Below, piece by piece: positions 13,308 to 25,251 of a DNA stretch of 64,000 nt. Made by a program: the position numbers and the translations under genes. The notes below the pieces were generated by a model. It saw only the letters and a list, made by a program, of their open reading frames with translations. It was not told the DNA's origin and searched no databases. This DNA comes from Vicinamibacterales bacterium. Lineage in GTDB: Bacteria; Acidobacteriota; Vicinamibacteria; Vicinamibacterales; UBA8438. Position 1 is the first letter of the stretch; every line of letters starts with the position of its first letter. Where the stretch lies: contig OZ252219.1 of the NCBI GenBank assembly GCA_965249105.1, positions 3,634,941 through 3,698,940 of the forward strand. Reading direction: 5' to 3'.

Positions 13308-15110
13308 CTACTCCGCGCGGAGCTTGAGGACCGCGAGAAAGGCTTCCTGTGGTATCTCGACTTGCCCTACCCGCTTCATCCGACGCTTGCCTTCCTTCTG
13401 CTTCTCCAGCAACTTTCGCTTCCGGCTGATATCACCACCGTAACACTTGGCCAGCACGTTCTTCCGGAGGGCGTGGACGGTCTCGCGAGCGATGATCCGG
13501 GTCCCCACTGCGGCCTGGATCGCCACCTCGAACATCTGACGAGGAATCAGCTCTCTCATCTTGGTCGCCAGCGCGCGCCCTCGCTGATACGCCATGTCAC
13601 GGTGGATGATCACCGAGAGCGCATCGACCGGCTCACCGTTGACCATGAGGTCCAGCCTCACCAGCGGCGATTCCCAGTACCCGGTCACATGATAGTCAAG
13701 CGACGCGTAGCCGCGCGAAATCGTCTTGAGGCGGTCATAGAAATCGAGCACGATTTCGTTGAACGGCAGATCGTAGGAGATCATCACCCGATTGGACGCG
13801 TGATACTCGAGATTCTTCTGAACCCCACGTTTCTCCTGACACAGTTTGAGAATAGCGCCTACGTAGTCGGCCGGCGTAAGGATCATCGCGGTGATCACCG
13901 GCTCCTCGACCTTGGCGATCCGACTGGCGTCTGGAAGCTTCGCCGGACTGTCGATCTCGGCAACCTCGCCGTCGGTGGTCGTCAGCCGATACAGCACCCC
14001 GGGCGCGGTCGTGACGAGGGCCATACCGAACTCCCGCTCCAGTCGCTCCTGCACGACCTCCATGTGTAGAAGGCCAAGAAACCCGCACCGGAAGCCGAAT
14101 CCGAGTGCCGCAGACGTTTCCGGCTCAAAGAAGAACGACGAATCGTTCAGCCGCAGCTTGTCCAACGCGTCGCGAAGCTCAGGATACTGGTGGCTCTCGA
14201 CCGGATACAGACCGGCAAAGACCATGGGCTTGAGCTCCATGAAACCGGGCAAGGGCTCGGTGGTTGGGCGGACGGAGTCGGTGATCGTGTCACCGATCTT
14301 GGCATCGCGGACATTCTTGAGGCCGACGATCACGAAGCCAACCTCTCCAACTCCGAGGATGTCAACCGGCTCGGGCTTTGGCGAGAACACACCCACCTGC
14401 TCGACCTCATAGTCCTGCCCTTGCGCCATGAAGCGCACCCTGGCCTGCGGCCGGATCTCGCCGTCGAACACCCGGATCAAGGCGATGACGCCGCGATAGG
14501 CGTCGTACCACGAGTCGAAAATCAGCGCCTTGAGTGGCCCCTCGGGTGGGCCGTGGGGCGGCGGCACCCTGGTGACCACAGCCTCCAAGATCTCACGAGT
14601 ACCTGTTCCGGCCTTGGCGCTCGCCAGGAGTGTGCCCGCCCGGTCCAGACCAACGAGGTCCTCGATCTGGGTATGAACGTCATCGATCTGAGCACCCGGC
14701 AGGTCAATCTTGTTGATGACGGGAATGATCTCTAGATTGTTGTCGACGGCAAGATAGGCATTGGCCACGGTCTGCGCCTCGACCCCCTGCGACGCATCGA
14801 CGAGCAGCAGGGCCCCTTCGCACGCCGCCAGCGACCGGGTGACTTCGTAGGAGAAGTCCACGTGACCGGGAGTGTCGATCAGATTCAGGACGTACTCGTC
14901 ACCGTCGTCAGCCGTGTAGAGCAATCGGACCGTCTGCGCCTTGATGGTGATCCCACGCTCGCGCTCCAGGTCCATGCTGTCGAGCACTTGCGATTCCATC
15001 TCGCGCGGACGCAACGCCCCCGTCAATTCGAGAAAGCGGTCTGCCAGCGTCGACTTGCCGTGGTCGATGTGGGCGATGATGGAAAAATTGCGAACGCGGT
15101 GATGATTCAT
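13308..15110 (-). CDS. lepA: Elongation factor 4 (LepA)
   Basis: [59 protein letters not shown]; start set at ATG 15110. Confidence 0.98.
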   Translation of the reverse strand: MNHHRVRNFSIIAHIDHGKSTLADRFLELTGALRPREMESQVLDSMDLERERGITIKAQTVRLLYTADDGDEYVLNLIDTPGHVDFSYEVTRSLAACEGALLLVDASQGVEAQTVANAYLAVDNNLEIIPVINKIDLPGAQIDDVHTQIEDLVGLDRAGTLLASAKAGTGTREILEAVVTRVPPPHGPPEGPLKALIFDSWYDAYRGVIALIRVFDGEIRPQARVRFMAQGQDYEVEQVGVFSPKPEPVDILGVGEVGFVIVGLKNVRDAKIGDTITDSVRPTTEPLPGFMELKPMVFAGLYPVESHQYPELRDALDKLRLNDSSFFFEPETSAALGFGFRCGFLGLLHMEVVQERLEREFGMALVTTAPGVLYRLTTTDGEVAEIDSPAKLPDASRIAKVEEPVITAMILTPADYVGAILKLCQEKRGVQKNLEYHASNRVMISYDLPFNEIVLDFYDRLKTISRGYASLDYHVTGYWESPLVRLDLMVNGEPVDALSVIIHRDMAYQRGRALATKMRELIPRQMFEVAIQAAVGTRIIARETVHALRKNVLAKCYGGDISRKRKLLEKQKEGKRRMKRVGQVEIPQEAFLAVLKLRAE

Positions 15111-15141
15111 CTCTGCCTGCCGGGCGAATTCGACCGCTACG

Positions 15142-16293
15142 CTACGAACGTTCGGGGCGTTGGTCGAGCGGCACGAACGTCTGCGGGTACGCTGGCCCGA
15201 CGTACTCGGCCCGGGGCCGGATGAGACGGTTGTTGGCGTACTGCTCCAGCACGTGAGCCGTCCACCCCGAGACACGGCTGACCGCGAAGAGCGGTGTGAA
15301 CAGATCGATCGGAATGCCGAGCAGGTAGTACGTGGAGGCTGAGTAGAAGTCGACGTTGGCGTCGATTGTCGTCTCCTCTTTCATGACCGACTCGATCCGC
15401 GTCGAGATCTCGAACCACCGCGTGTTGCCGACCCGTTCGCCGACCTCCTGTGACATCCGACGAAGATGGGTGGCGCGTGGGTCCTCCGTGCGATAGACCC
15501 GATGACCAAAGCCGGGGACCTTCTCTTTCTTGCCCAGCTTCTGCCGGACGAAGTCCTCGATGCGCTGGTCGTCGGCATCCTCTCCGATCGCGAGCAGCAA
15601 CCGCATGACGGCCGCGTTCGCACCGCCATGCAACGGACCCTTCAGGGCGCCGACGCCGGCGACGATGGCCGAGTACAGATCGCTCAGCGTGCCCGCCGTC
15701 ACCCGCGCAGCAAAGGTAGAGGCATTCAGCTCATGGTCGGCATGAAGGATCAGGGCAATGTCGAGTGCGCGGGTCTCCACCGCGCTCGGCCTGCGCCCCG
15801 TGAGCATGAGCAGGAAGTTTGCGGCCTGCCCGAGCGCTGGGTCAGGTTCGATGGGGCCGCCACCCTGCGTTAGCCGACCATAGGTGGCAACCAGGCTGCC
15901 CATCTGCGCCGTCAGGCGAACGGCCTGCCGGTATCGTGCGGCCTCAGAGGTGTCGTCCACGTCAGAGTCGAAATGGGACAACGTTGACGTCAGGGTACGC
16001 ACGGCGTCCATTGCGCCGCCCGGTGGCAGCGTACGCATGGCGCGCAGCACACCCTCGGGAAGACGTCTCGCGGCGGCCAGCTGCGACTGAAGGTCACCGA
16101 GCTCGGCGCGCGTGGGTAACCGCCTGTGCCACAAGAGGAAGCAGACCTCCTCGAAGGTGGCGTGCCTGGCCAATTCGTGAATGTCGTGGCCGGCATACGC
16201 CAACACGCCATTCGCGCCGTCCAGGTAACAAATGGCCGACGAGGTCGCGACGACGCCCTCGAGCCCGGCCTCAGAAGGAGATGCTGCGCTCAT
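15142..16293 (-). CDS. gltA: Citrate synthase (short type; citrate/2-methylcitrate synthase family)
   Basis: [47 protein letters not shown]. Confidence 0.92.
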   Translation of the reverse strand: MSAASPSEAGLEGVVATSSAICYLDGANGVLAYAGHDIHELARHATFEEVCFLLWHRRLPTRAELGDLQSQLAAARRLPEGVLRAMRTLPPGGAMDAVRTLTSTLSHFDSDVDDTSEAARYRQAVRLTAQMGSLVATYGRLTQGGGPIEPDPALGQAANFLLMLTGRRPSAVETRALDIALILHADHELNASTFAARVTAGTLSDLYSAIVAGVGALKGPLHGGANAAVMRLLLAIGEDADDQRIEDFVRQKLGKKEKVPGFGHRVYRTEDPRATHLRRMSQEVGERVGNTRWFEISTRIESVMKEETTIDANVDFYSASTYYLLGIPIDLFTPLFAVSRVSGWTAHVLEQYANNRLIRPRAEYVGPAYPQTFVPLDQRPERS

Positions 16294-16333
16294 ACTGTCG
16301 AGTGTACCGCAAGCACCGACCGGACCAGGAGGC

Positions 16334-17986
16334 TTAGGGGCGCTCGAGTGTGGTGAGTGTCCCGGTGATTGGCGACGCGATGTCTGAGCCACGACCCCCG
16401 GGTGGCCATCCGCCAGTCATTGGTATCCGATGCGCATCGCCCCGCGACTGCTGCTGCACGAACGGGAGCAGCGCACTGTAGAGAAAGCCCGCCTGGAACA
16501 GACACAGAACCGGGAGCAAGGCGAAGAGCCCGGTCGAACCAGCGTAGACGACAGCCGCCGTATAGTAGAGCCCGAACCCCAGCTCGACGAGGGGCTGCGC
16601 GACCGACGACCGCCGATAGCGTTTGGACAGCCAGTCATCCCTCCGGTCGACCACCGCGTACTTGGCGGTGCGTTCGAAATCGTGCCGACCATCAACCCGC
16701 GCTCCCACCACGGCCAGCGTGTTGTTGACGGTCAGCCCGACCCCAACCGCCATGAGCAAGGGAAGATACCGGAGCTGGGCAACCCAGTTCTCTCCTACGG
16801 CTCGCTGGCTGAGGACATAGAAGTTCGCCACCGACACCGATGCCGCGCAAAACAGCGGTAACTCGACGACGAGGAGGGTCTCGAGGCCCACGCTGGCTCG
16901 AAGGAAGAGGGCGGGAACCATGACGACGCACAGGAGCAACAGAAGCGGATAGTTGAAGTTCGCCGTCAGGTGAAACAACGCTTCTACCTTGTTCCGGAGA
17001 GGAATCTCTGCTCGAAGTAACCTCGGTAACAGCTTGAGGCAGGTCTGGATCGAGCCTCGTGCCCACCGAAACTGCTGGGTCTTGAACCCGCTCATCTCGA
17101 CCGGCAGTTCGGCCGGCGCGACCACATTCGGAAGGAAGACGAACTTCCATCCGGCGAGCTGAGCCCGATAACTCAGGTCGAGATCCTCCGTCAGCGTGTC
17201 GTGATGCCAACCGCCCCCGGATTCAATCGCCTTGCGTCGCCAGACACCGGCGGTACCGTTGAAATTGAAGAAGAGCCCACCACGATGTCGGGCACCGTGC
17301 TCAAGCACAAAATGCGCGTCGAGAAACATCGCCTGGATACGGGTCAGTATTGAATACTCGCGGTTGAGGTGTCCCCACCGCGCCTGGACCATCCCGACGT
17401 CAGGGTCGTCAAACGGTCGGACTGCTCGTTGCAAGAAGTCCGGATGTGGCACGAAGTCCGCGTCAAAGACGGCGATGAGCTCACCCCGAGCCGACCGCAG
17501 CCCATTGGCCAGGGCTCCCGCCTTGAAGCCAGTCCGGTGGTCACGGCGTAGGTATCGGATCTGGACGCCGCGGGCCGATGCCCGCTCACAGGCTCGTCTG
17601 GCGAGCGGGCCGGTCTCGTCGTCATCGGCCGAGTCGTCGAGTATCTGCACCTCGAAACGCTCTCTGGGATAGTCCATCGCTGTCACAGCATCGACCAGGC
17701 GGTCGACCACGTACATCTCGTTGTACACGGGCAACTGGACGGTGACGAACGGCCAGGCGATAGATCCGTCCGAGCGACGGGCGTCGATGGCCGTGGCGTG
17801 AGGTCGTGCCGGATCGACACCGGCGTTGGGAGGGGCCGACCGTCGATGTTTTATGTAAAGATACACGAGGTAACAGCGATGCAACCCGTACACGCTCAGA
17901 CATCCCACGAGGGCGAAGTAGAGCCCGAGCAGAAGTGATTCGGGTGCAGTCATCGGCGGGGGAAGTCGATGAGGACGCTCGTTCAC
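16334..17986 (-). CDS. GT2 glycosyltransferase, cellulose-synthase-like, multi-TM
   Basis: VTVQLPVYNE, GFKAGAL, FDADF, TEDLDLS, QQFRW (QxxRW). Confidence 0.92.
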   Translation of the reverse strand: MNERPHRLPPPMTAPESLLLGLYFALVGCLSVYGLHRCYLVYLYIKHRRSAPPNAGVDPARPHATAIDARRSDGSIAWPFVTVQLPVYNEMYVVDRLVDAVTAMDYPRERFEVQILDDSADDDETGPLARRACERASARGVQIRYLRRDHRTGFKAGALANGLRSARGELIAVFDADFVPHPDFLQRAVRPFDDPDVGMVQARWGHLNREYSILTRIQAMFLDAHFVLEHGARHRGGLFFNFNGTAGVWRRKAIESGGGWHHDTLTEDLDLSYRAQLAGWKFVFLPNVVAPAELPVEMSGFKTQQFRWARGSIQTCLKLLPRLLRAEIPLRNKVEALFHLTANFNYPLLLLLCVVMVPALFLRASVGLETLLVVELPLFCAASVSVANFYVLSQRAVGENWVAQLRYLPLLMAVGVGLTVNNTLAVVGARVDGRHDFERTAKYAVVDRRDDWLSKRYRRSSVAQPLVELGFGLYYTAAVVYAGSTGLFALLPVLCLFQAGFLYSALLPFVQQQSRGDAHRIPMTGGWPPGGRGSDIASPITGTLTTLERP

Positions 17987-18102
17987 CGACGGTACAGTTC
18001 GGCGGTCGGCAAGTCAAACGGTCGATCGTGTACGATTCGCCCCCTCTGCCCCACTGATACTTCGGCAACCCAACAGAGCGGCTGCCGCGCGGCGGACCAC
18101 AC

Positions 18103-18864
18103 ATGAACCAGCAGCAAGTGCGCGACATCCTCAAGGGTGTCGAGGGTGGCGCGGTGACGGTGGACCAGGCGGAGGGGCAGCTCGTCGACATCCTGCGTCG
18201 CATCCCCTTCGAAGACCTCGGGTTCGCGCGCGTCGACCACCACCGGTCCGTGCGACAGGGATTCCCGGAAGTGGTGTTCGGCGCGGGTAAGACGGCCAGT
18301 CAAGTCGCCGCCATCGCTGAGAGTATCGTCGAAGCGGGACACAGTCTGCTGGTCACCCGGACCGATAGGGCGGCACACGAGGAGGTACAGAAGGTTGTCC
18401 CCGGCGCGACGTTTCATGAGTGCTCCAGGACGATCGCCTACCGCAGCACGGGGCAACCGACCGGACAGGGAACGGTGCTCGTTGTGGCGGCGGGCACCTC
18501 AGATCTCCCGGTCGCTGAAGAAGCCAGGGTGACGGCGGAGACGTTGGGCAATCACACCGACACGCTGTATGACGTGGGGGTCGCGGGACTCCATCGCATG
18601 CTCGCTGAACGGGAGCGTCTCGAGGCAGCGCGGGTCATTGTGGCGGTGGCGGGAATGGAGGGCGCCCTGCCCAGTGTCATCGGCGGTCTTGTCCGAGCCC
18701 CAGTCATCGCCGTGCCCACGAGTATCGGATACGGTGCAAGCTTCGGGGGTCTCGCAGCCCTGCTGGGCATGCTGAACAGTTGCGCATCGGGTGTCGCCGT
18801 CGTAAACATCGACAACGGGTTCGGTGGAGCGGCCATGGCGAGCGCCATCAACCACTTGGCCTAG
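18103..18864 (+). CDS. larB: Nickel-pincer cofactor biosynthesis protein LarB (PurE-like)
   Basis: FARVDHHR..GFPEVV, AGTSDLPVAEEA, DVGVAGLHR, AGMEGAL, PTSIGYG, VVNIDNGFG. Confidence 0.93.
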   Translation: MNQQQVRDILKGVEGGAVTVDQAEGQLVDILRRIPFEDLGFARVDHHRSVRQGFPEVVFGAGKTASQVAAIAESIVEAGHSLLVTRTDRAAHEEVQKVVPGATFHECSRTIAYRSTGQPTGQGTVLVVAAGTSDLPVAEEARVTAETLGNHTDTLYDVGVAGLHRMLAERERLEAARVIVAVAGMEGALPSVIGGLVRAPVIAVPTSIGYGASFGGLAALLGMLNSCASGVAVVNIDNGFGGAAMASAINHLA

Positions 18865-19025
18865 GAGTCCGTGGTGAAAGTCGCTCTGCATTCGACCGAC
18901 GACGCATCTCGGCTGGCGGCGTTGCTTCTCGGTCACATAGGCCCACTATTTTCCCTCGTCGCGTCTTGCCAGCCGGGCGCCTCGCCGGTCTCGGTGCGTC
19001 GCGCGACCTCCACCACGGGCTCCTA
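18862..19025. repeat. 164-bp long-hairpin element, copy 4
   Basis: 23-bp IR with 3 mismatches (18862-18884 / 19003-19025); minus-strand core GGCAAGACGCGACGAGGG...GTGACCGAGAAGCAACGCCGCC. Confidence 0.85.
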
Positions 19026-19032
19026 ACGTCCA

Positions 19033-21546
19033 ATGCTGGCACGTACGCTTCAGGCGCTCGAGTTCGACCGGATCGTAGAGGTGGTTCAGGGTCTGGCCCT
19101 CACGCCGCTGGGGGCGAACGAGTTGCGCCAGCTTCGTCCGCTGACCGACCCGACACGCGTCAGCACCGCTCTGTCGACGACCACGGAGTGCGTGCGATAT
19201 CTCGATACCAACCCTCCGCTCGATTTGCAGGCGACCGAGGATCTCGAACCTGCTCTGGCGGCGCTGGCGGTTGAGGGGCACGCACTCGAACCAGCCCAGC
19301 TCCTCGCACTTGCCGACTTCCTCGCGTCCGTGGGGCGGCTCCGCACGACGGTGAGCGAGGCTACCGGTGGTCCCTTCCCGGCGCTGCGCACGATTCTCGA
19401 CGGCTGCCGCCGGTTCGACAGAGAGGTGGACGAGGTCCGGTCCAAGATCGACCCCACCGAGGGCGTTCGGGATGATGCGTCGGTCACCCTCAGGGCGATG
19501 CGCGATCGGCTGAGAAAGCAGCAGAACCGGTTGCGCAGCACGCTGGACTCATTCCTCCGCGGCAAGGACACCGCGCGCTACCTTCAAGAGCAGGTCGTCA
19601 CCGAGCGCAACGGGCGGTTCGTCCTGGTCGTAAAGGCCGAGCACCGGAGATCGATTCCAGGCATCGTGCATGGCAGCTCGGGGAGCGGGGCAAGCCTCTT
19701 CCTCGAGCCGTTGAGCACCGTCGAAATCAACAACGACATCGTGGCACTGGAGCAAGATGAGGCGCAGGAAGTGCACCGAATTCTGGTCACCCTCGCCGAC
19801 GCGCTCCGAAAGAGGGCGCTCGACCTCCGGACGACGATCACAGCTGCCACTGAGCTCGACTCCGTCCAAGCCCGGGCGACCTTCTCCCGTCTGGTGGACG
19901 GTGTTGAACCGCAGCTCTCTGCCGATGCCCGCGTCGACTTCCTGCAGGCGCGCCACCCCCTCCTCATCCCGGCCGTGCGACACCGGCTTGGTCCGACGCT
20001 CGAGACTCGGAGTTCCGGCCCCGTCCCGGTCGATATTCGAATCACTCCACCCACGACCGCACTGGTCGTCACCGGCCCCAACACCGGCGGAAAGACCGTC
20101 GCTCTCAAGACGGCTGGGCTCTTGGTGCTGATGGCCCAGGCCGGCCTACACATCCCAGCCGGTCCGGGGTCGACCACCACGACGTTCCGGTCCGTATTTG
20201 CAGATATTGGTGACGAGCAGTCAATCGGGGCCAGCCTCTCCACATTTTCTGGTCATGTTGCCAATCTCGTCACGATGGACCGCCGTCTGACGCTCCCCGG
20301 GCTTGTCCTCATGGACGAACTTGGCGCCGGCACTGACCCGGTCGAAGGTGGAGCGTTGGCTGCTGCCGTGATCGACCACTTCCGGCTTCGGGGTGCGCTG
20401 GTCATGGTCACAACCCACGACGACACCCTCAAGTCGTACGCCTCGACCACTCCCGGCGTCACCTGTGCTGGATTCGGCTTCGAGCCAGAATCCTACGCTC
20501 CGACGTATCGCCTGACGTACGACTCACCAGGACGAAGCCTGGCCCTCGAAATCGCCGCCAGACTTGGGATGCAGCCGTCGATCATCGCCGCAGCCAAACG
20601 GCGGCAGAGCGAACGTGAGGCGACCCTCGCCGAACATCTGGCCAAGGTCGACGACGACATGCGCCAACTGGAATCAGAACGGCGAGCCCTCGCGAGCCTT
20701 CGAGGCCAGCTGTCCGCAGAGCAGTCGCGACTCGCGACCAAGACACGCGAGGTCGAGGCGCGCGAGGGCAGAGCGCGCCAGAAGCTATCGGACGGAATCG
20801 CCGTACAGCTGCGTACCGTCCGCGCGGAGATGGACGAGGTCGTCGAGGGTCTCCGCGCGAAGGTCGCGAAACTCGAGAAGGCGGCAAAGGCACGGACAGG
20901 CGAGGGTCGACGGGCTCTTTCGACCGGCGACACCGGTACACTCAGAGCCGGCGCACGGCTCGTCGTGAACGAGATCGTCACGCGAACTCAGGCGGCAGCC
21001 TCAGTCTCGGGAGAAGGGACGGACCCCGCGGAGGCGTTCTCAGTTCCAGCGGACACCGGCGTGCCGCTCCAAGGGCTGCCGCAGGTTGGAGACCGGGTAC
21101 GAGTGAGGGCGCTCGGCGTTGTCGGAAAGGTGCTGGCCGTGCATGGCACCCGTATCGAGCTCGAGGTGCGAGGAAAGCGTCTGTATGTCCCGGTCGACGA
21201 GCTCTCCCACCCTGGCGAGGACGACCGCCACCCGGACCGAACGATCTCCCCGCGACCGGAGCGGAGCCGGGTGACCGTCCACGCCCAAACTATGGATGGA
21301 CCGCTGCCCGACCTGAACGTGATCGGCTGTTCGGTAGACGATGCACGCGAGCGCGTTGAGAAGTATCTCGACCGGGCGCTGCTGCAGGAGCAGCCGCAGG
21401 TCAAGATCATTCACGGCCATGGAACCGGTCAGCTCCGGCGATCAATAGCCAAACTGCTCGAGCACCATCCTGAGGTCGATACGTTCGCACTGGCACCCAG
21501 AGAGCAAGGTGGCGAAGGTGCCACGTTGGTCGAGCTGAAAGCGTAG
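19033..21546 (+). CDS. mutS2: Endonuclease MutS2 with Smr domain
   Basis: TGPNTGGKT, DIGDEQSI..SLSTFS, DELGAGTDP, C-terminal IIHGHGTG..GGEGAT. Confidence 0.95.
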   Translation: MLARTLQALEFDRIVEVVQGLALTPLGANELRQLRPLTDPTRVSTALSTTTECVRYLDTNPPLDLQATEDLEPALAALAVEGHALEPAQLLALADFLASVGRLRTTVSEATGGPFPALRTILDGCRRFDREVDEVRSKIDPTEGVRDDASVTLRAMRDRLRKQQNRLRSTLDSFLRGKDTARYLQEQVVTERNGRFVLVVKAEHRRSIPGIVHGSSGSGASLFLEPLSTVEINNDIVALEQDEAQEVHRILVTLADALRKRALDLRTTITAATELDSVQARATFSRLVDGVEPQLSADARVDFLQARHPLLIPAVRHRLGPTLETRSSGPVPVDIRITPPTTALVVTGPNTGGKTVALKTAGLLVLMAQAGLHIPAGPGSTTTTFRSVFADIGDEQSIGASLSTFSGHVANLVTMDRRLTLPGLVLMDELGAGTDPVEGGALAAAVIDHFRLRGALVMVTTHDDTLKSYASTTPGVTCAGFGFEPESYAPTYRLTYDSPGRSLALEIAARLGMQPSIIAAAKRRQSEREATLAEHLAKVDDDMRQLESERRALASLRGQLSAEQSRLATKTREVEAREGRARQKLSDGIAVQLRTVRAEMDEVVEGLRAKVAKLEKAAKARTGEGRRALSTGDTGTLRAGARLVVNEIVTRTQAAASVSGEGTDPAEAFSVPADTGVPLQGLPQVGDRVRVRALGVVGKVLAVHGTRIELEVRGKRLYVPVDELSHPGEDDRHPDRTISPRPERSRVTVHAQTMDGPLPDLNVIGCSVDDARERVEKYLDRALLQEQPQVKIIHGHGTGQLRRSIAKLLEHHPEVDTFALAPREQGGEGATLVELKA

Positions 21547-21562
21547 CGAGGACTGTCCATTC

Positions 21563-23332
21563 ATGGGTCGTTTCCCCCAAGGTTTCGTCGACGACCTCAA
21601 GTCTCAGGCCGACATCGTCCAGGTCGTCCAAGACTTCGTCCCTCTCAAGAAGGCCGGGGTGAGCTTCAAGGGTCTGTGCCCGTTTCATACGGAGAAAACA
21701 CCGTCGTTTCACGTCAATCGCGACAAGGGTTTCTTCCACTGCTTCGGCTGCGGTACGGGTGGCGACGTCGTCAAGTTCGTGGAGCTGCAGGAGAAGCTCA
21801 GCTTTCCTGACGCGGTACGACAGCTCGCGCACCGATTCGGTGTCCAGGTCCCCGAGTCCGACGACCCCGAACAAGACGCCGCCGCGCAGGCAAAACGCGA
21901 AACCCTGCTCAAACTTCACGAGCTCGCGGCCGAGTATTTTCGCGAGCAGCTCGACACGCCGACTGGAAGCCGAGCGCGCGAGGCGTTGAAGGCCCGCGAC
22001 ATCTGGCCAGAAACGATCGAGCGACTCGGTCTAGGATATGCTCCCTCGCAGCGGGAAGGCCTGAAGCGTCGATTGCTCGACAGCGGCCAGCCACTCGAGC
22101 TTGTCGTGGCAAGTGGCCTCGTCGTTCAGCGCGACGGTGGTCAGGTCATCGACCGGTTCCGAAACCGGCTGATGATTCCGATCTGCCGTGATGGCGGATC
22201 GGTCATCGCGTTCGGGGGACGCGCTCTCGAACAGGGTCAGCAGCCGAAGTACGTGAACTCCCCCGAAACCGCGCTCTACACCAAGGGGCGTACGCTCTAT
22301 GGCCTCCATCTGACGAAGGCCGAGATCCGTCGTCTCGGGTACGCCGTCATGGTCGAAGGTTATTTCGATTTCGCGCAGGCGTTGCAGGCCGGCGTCACCC
22401 CGGTCGTGGCCACCTGTGGCACCGCCGTCACCGACCGTCAGACCAAGTTGCTCAAGCGATTCACCGGCAAGGTGATTCTCAGCTTTGACCCTGATGACGC
22501 CGGCGCAGGGGCATCGGAGCGTTCGGGTGAGCTGTTGCTTTCTGAAGGGTTCCAGGTCAACGTGGCGCTTCTGGCGGAGGGAGAAGACCCCGATACGTCG
22601 GTCCGCCGCCACGGCGGCGCCCACTACGTTGAGCAGCTGCGAGCGTCGCAGCAGTACTTGGAGTACGTGCTCGACCGAGCCGCAGCCCGGCGCGATTTCT
22701 CGCGTGACGAGCAGCGACGTGCGTTCCTCACCGACATGCTGACGGTGGCCGCGCGGATTCCCGATGCCGCCGCGCGCGACCAGTTCGCAGACCGCCTGGC
22801 CCACAAGGCCCGGATCATGGAGGACGTCGTCCGCACAGAGATCCGCCGCGCGGCGGTCGCGAGGCGCACGACGGTCTCGACCCGCACCACCAGCGACCTC
22901 GGCCGCGTGACCCCCGCGGAAAAGGGGTTGATCTGGTCAACCATGCGTGAACCTGAGGCCGCGCAATCGGTGCTCGTCGGGATGGAGCCCGAAGACTTTG
23001 AGGGACTCGCGACTGCCTCGATCCTCCGCATCGCACAGACCCTCTCCGAGTGGCCGCCCAACTCGGTGAGGCAGACGTTGCTCGAGCGGGTCGATGACAG
23101 TGAGGCCGCACTCGCCTCTCGGATTGCCGATGAGCCCGAGGCGCCGGCTCAGGTCGACGATTGCGCGGTGGAGCTGCGACGACTCCGCTGCGAGCGCGAG
23201 CGCGACGCGCTCCAGGACGCCATTGACCGGCATCAGCGGACAGGCGGGGACGAGATCGAACAGGGCAAACTCGATACACTCTTACGACGCAAGCATGAGC
23301 TCCAGCAGCGCATTGAGGCTCTAGGGGGTTAA
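21563..23332 (+). CDS. dnaG: DNA primase
   Basis: [15 protein letters not shown] zinc finger, [27 protein letters not shown]. Confidence 0.97.
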   Translation: MGRFPQGFVDDLKSQADIVQVVQDFVPLKKAGVSFKGLCPFHTEKTPSFHVNRDKGFFHCFGCGTGGDVVKFVELQEKLSFPDAVRQLAHRFGVQVPESDDPEQDAAAQAKRETLLKLHELAAEYFREQLDTPTGSRAREALKARDIWPETIERLGLGYAPSQREGLKRRLLDSGQPLELVVASGLVVQRDGGQVIDRFRNRLMIPICRDGGSVIAFGGRALEQGQQPKYVNSPETALYTKGRTLYGLHLTKAEIRRLGYAVMVEGYFDFAQALQAGVTPVVATCGTAVTDRQTKLLKRFTGKVILSFDPDDAGAGASERSGELLLSEGFQVNVALLAEGEDPDTSVRRHGGAHYVEQLRASQQYLEYVLDRAAARRDFSRDEQRRAFLTDMLTVAARIPDAAARDQFADRLAHKARIMEDVVRTEIRRAAVARRTTVSTRTTSDLGRVTPAEKGLIWSTMREPEAAQSVLVGMEPEDFEGLATASILRIAQTLSEWPPNSVRQTLLERVDDSEAALASRIADEPEAPAQVDDCAVELRRLRCERERDALQDAIDRHQRTGGDEIEQGKLDTLLRRKHELQQRIEALGG

Positions 23333-23405
23333 TATCCGCACTAGCACGACGCACCGCGACGGACGAGGCGAACATCGCGACCCGAGGACGTCTGGAGGCA
23401 CGCTC

Positions 23406-25106
23406 TTGTCGATCGAAGAGAAATACGACGAGATTCGACAGCTCATCGTCATCGGCAAAGAAAAGGGCTACCTTCTCTATGACGAGGTCAACGACGTATT
23501 GCCTGCCGACCTCACGTCCTCTGAGGACCTCGACGATCTCTTCACCATGTTCGGGAGCGCCGGCATCGAAGTCGTCGACTCGGAGCAGAAGTATCGCGAG
23601 GAGAAGGTCGTCGACCGGCGGAGCGAAGGGACTGGCGACCCCGAGAACGGGGGGTCTCCCGCCGACGTCGACAAGACCAACGACCCGGTCCGCATGTATC
23701 TCCGTGAGATGGGGACGGTGCCTCTGCTCAATCGTGAGGGCGAGGTGGCGATCGCCAAGCGGATCGAGCGTGGGAATCTGGCCGTGATCCGGTCGATCTC
23801 GCGCACGCCAACGATTGCCCACATCATCGTCCGGTTGGGCGAGCAACTTCGGAGCGGCGAGCGCACGATTCGTGAGCTGGTCGTCTTCAAGGACGATGAG
23901 CTCACCGACAACAGAATCGCCGACCGCGGCCGACAAGTCCTTCGTCACATTGACGCGGTCCGGGCCAAGCGAACCGAGGTCGAAAAGAAGGAGACCAAGC
24001 TCGCCACGATCTCCAAGCGCGACCGGCGAAAGTACCGTCGGTACTGGTGGCGGGCCGCACGGTCGCGAGTCGAGCTGTCTCAGCTCAGTCGGCAGCTCGA
24101 ATTCAACGCGCCCGTCACCCGCAAGCTCATCCACGTGATCAAGGGTTCCGTCGAGGGCGTGCAGCGCGTGCAGCGCGAGATTGAGCTGCTCGACCGACAG
24201 CTGAAAGGCAAGGGCCGACGGGGCGGACGACTCAAGGAGGAAGACCGCAAGCACCTGATGCGGCGTCTTCGAGAACGCCGGGCCGAGCTCCGCACGCAGG
24301 TGCGGGAGCTTGAGGACACGCCCGACGCCCTCACCCGAACCCTGTTCACGATCTCACGCGGCGAATACCAAGCCGAGCAGGCCAAGAAGGAACTGGTCGA
24401 AGCCAACCTTCGACTGGTCGTTTCGATCGCGAAGAAGTACACCAATCGAGGTTTGCAGTTCTTGGATCTCATCCAGGAAGGCAACATCGGCTTGATGAAA
24501 GCCGTGGACAAATTCGAGTATCGGCGCGGGTACAAGTTCTCGACCTACGCCACCTGGTGGATCCGGCAGGCCATCACACGGGCAATCGCCGACCAGGCGC
24601 GCACGATCCGTATCCCGGTTCACATGATCGAAACGATCAACAAGCTCATCCGAACGTCTCGAGCGTTGGTACAAGAGCTCGGTCGCGAGCCGACGTCCGA
24701 AGAGATCGCCGCACGCATGGACATCCCGGTGATCAAGGTACGCAAGGTCCTCAAGATCGCGCAGGAACCGATCTCACTGGAAACGCCGGTCGGGGAGGAA
24801 GAGGACAGTCATCTCGGTGACTTCATCGAGGACCGCCAGGTTGTGTCACCGTCGGAGGCCGTGATTACCCTCGACCTCAAGGAGCAGACCGATTCGGTGC
24901 TGAAGACGTTGACGCCTCGAGAGGAGAAGGTCATCAAAATGCGCTTCGGGGTCGGAGACGGCAGCGAGCATACGCTCGAGGAGGTCGGGCAAGATTTCGC
25001 CGTGACGCGGGAGCGCATTCGCCAGATCGAGGCCAAAGCCCTTCGCAAGCTCCGTCATCCGTCTCGGAGTCGCAAACTGCGCAGTTTTCTCGAGGGCGGC
25101 ACCTAG
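23406..25106 (+). CDS. rpoD: RNA polymerase primary sigma factor
   Basis: [64 protein letters not shown] start. Confidence 0.98.
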   Translation: MSIEEKYDEIRQLIVIGKEKGYLLYDEVNDVLPADLTSSEDLDDLFTMFGSAGIEVVDSEQKYREEKVVDRRSEGTGDPENGGSPADVDKTNDPVRMYLREMGTVPLLNREGEVAIAKRIERGNLAVIRSISRTPTIAHIIVRLGEQLRSGERTIRELVVFKDDELTDNRIADRGRQVLRHIDAVRAKRTEVEKKETKLATISKRDRRKYRRYWWRAARSRVELSQLSRQLEFNAPVTRKLIHVIKGSVEGVQRVQREIELLDRQLKGKGRRGGRLKEEDRKHLMRRLRERRAELRTQVRELEDTPDALTRTLFTISRGEYQAEQAKKELVEANLRLVVSIAKKYTNRGLQFLDLIQEGNIGLMKAVDKFEYRRGYKFSTYATWWIRQAITRAIADQARTIRIPVHMIETINKLIRTSRALVQELGREPTSEEIAARMDIPVIKVRKVLKIAQEPISLETPVGEEEDSHLGDFIEDRQVVSPSEAVITLDLKEQTDSVLKTLTPREEKVIKMRFGVGDGSEHTLEEVGQDFAVTRERIRQIEAKALRKLRHPSRSRKLRSFLEGGT

Positions 25107-25123
25107 TGTGGTGAGGCTTCAGC

Positions 25124-25199
25124 GGGCCCATAGCTCAGCGGTCAGAGCCGCCGGCTCATAACCGGCTTGTCCCAGGTTCGAATCCTGGTGGGCCCACCA
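25124..25199 (+). tRNA. tRNA with CAT anticodon, probably tRNA-Ile2 (lysidine type)
   Basis: GGGCCCA acceptor, D-arm TAGCTCAG, anticodon arm GCCGG-CTCATAA-CCGGC, GTTCGAATC, encoded CCA; 76 nt; lacks initiator features. Confidence 0.93.
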
Positions 25200-25251
25200 T
25201 CTTGGGCTTAGGCCCACCATTTCAGACGTCAGTCCGTCGACGTGAGACCAC

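Noticed and set aside
23340..23400. Weak similarity to the hairpin-element core between dnaG and rpoD
   Set aside because: No arms or terminal IRs; likely chance in GC-rich DNA
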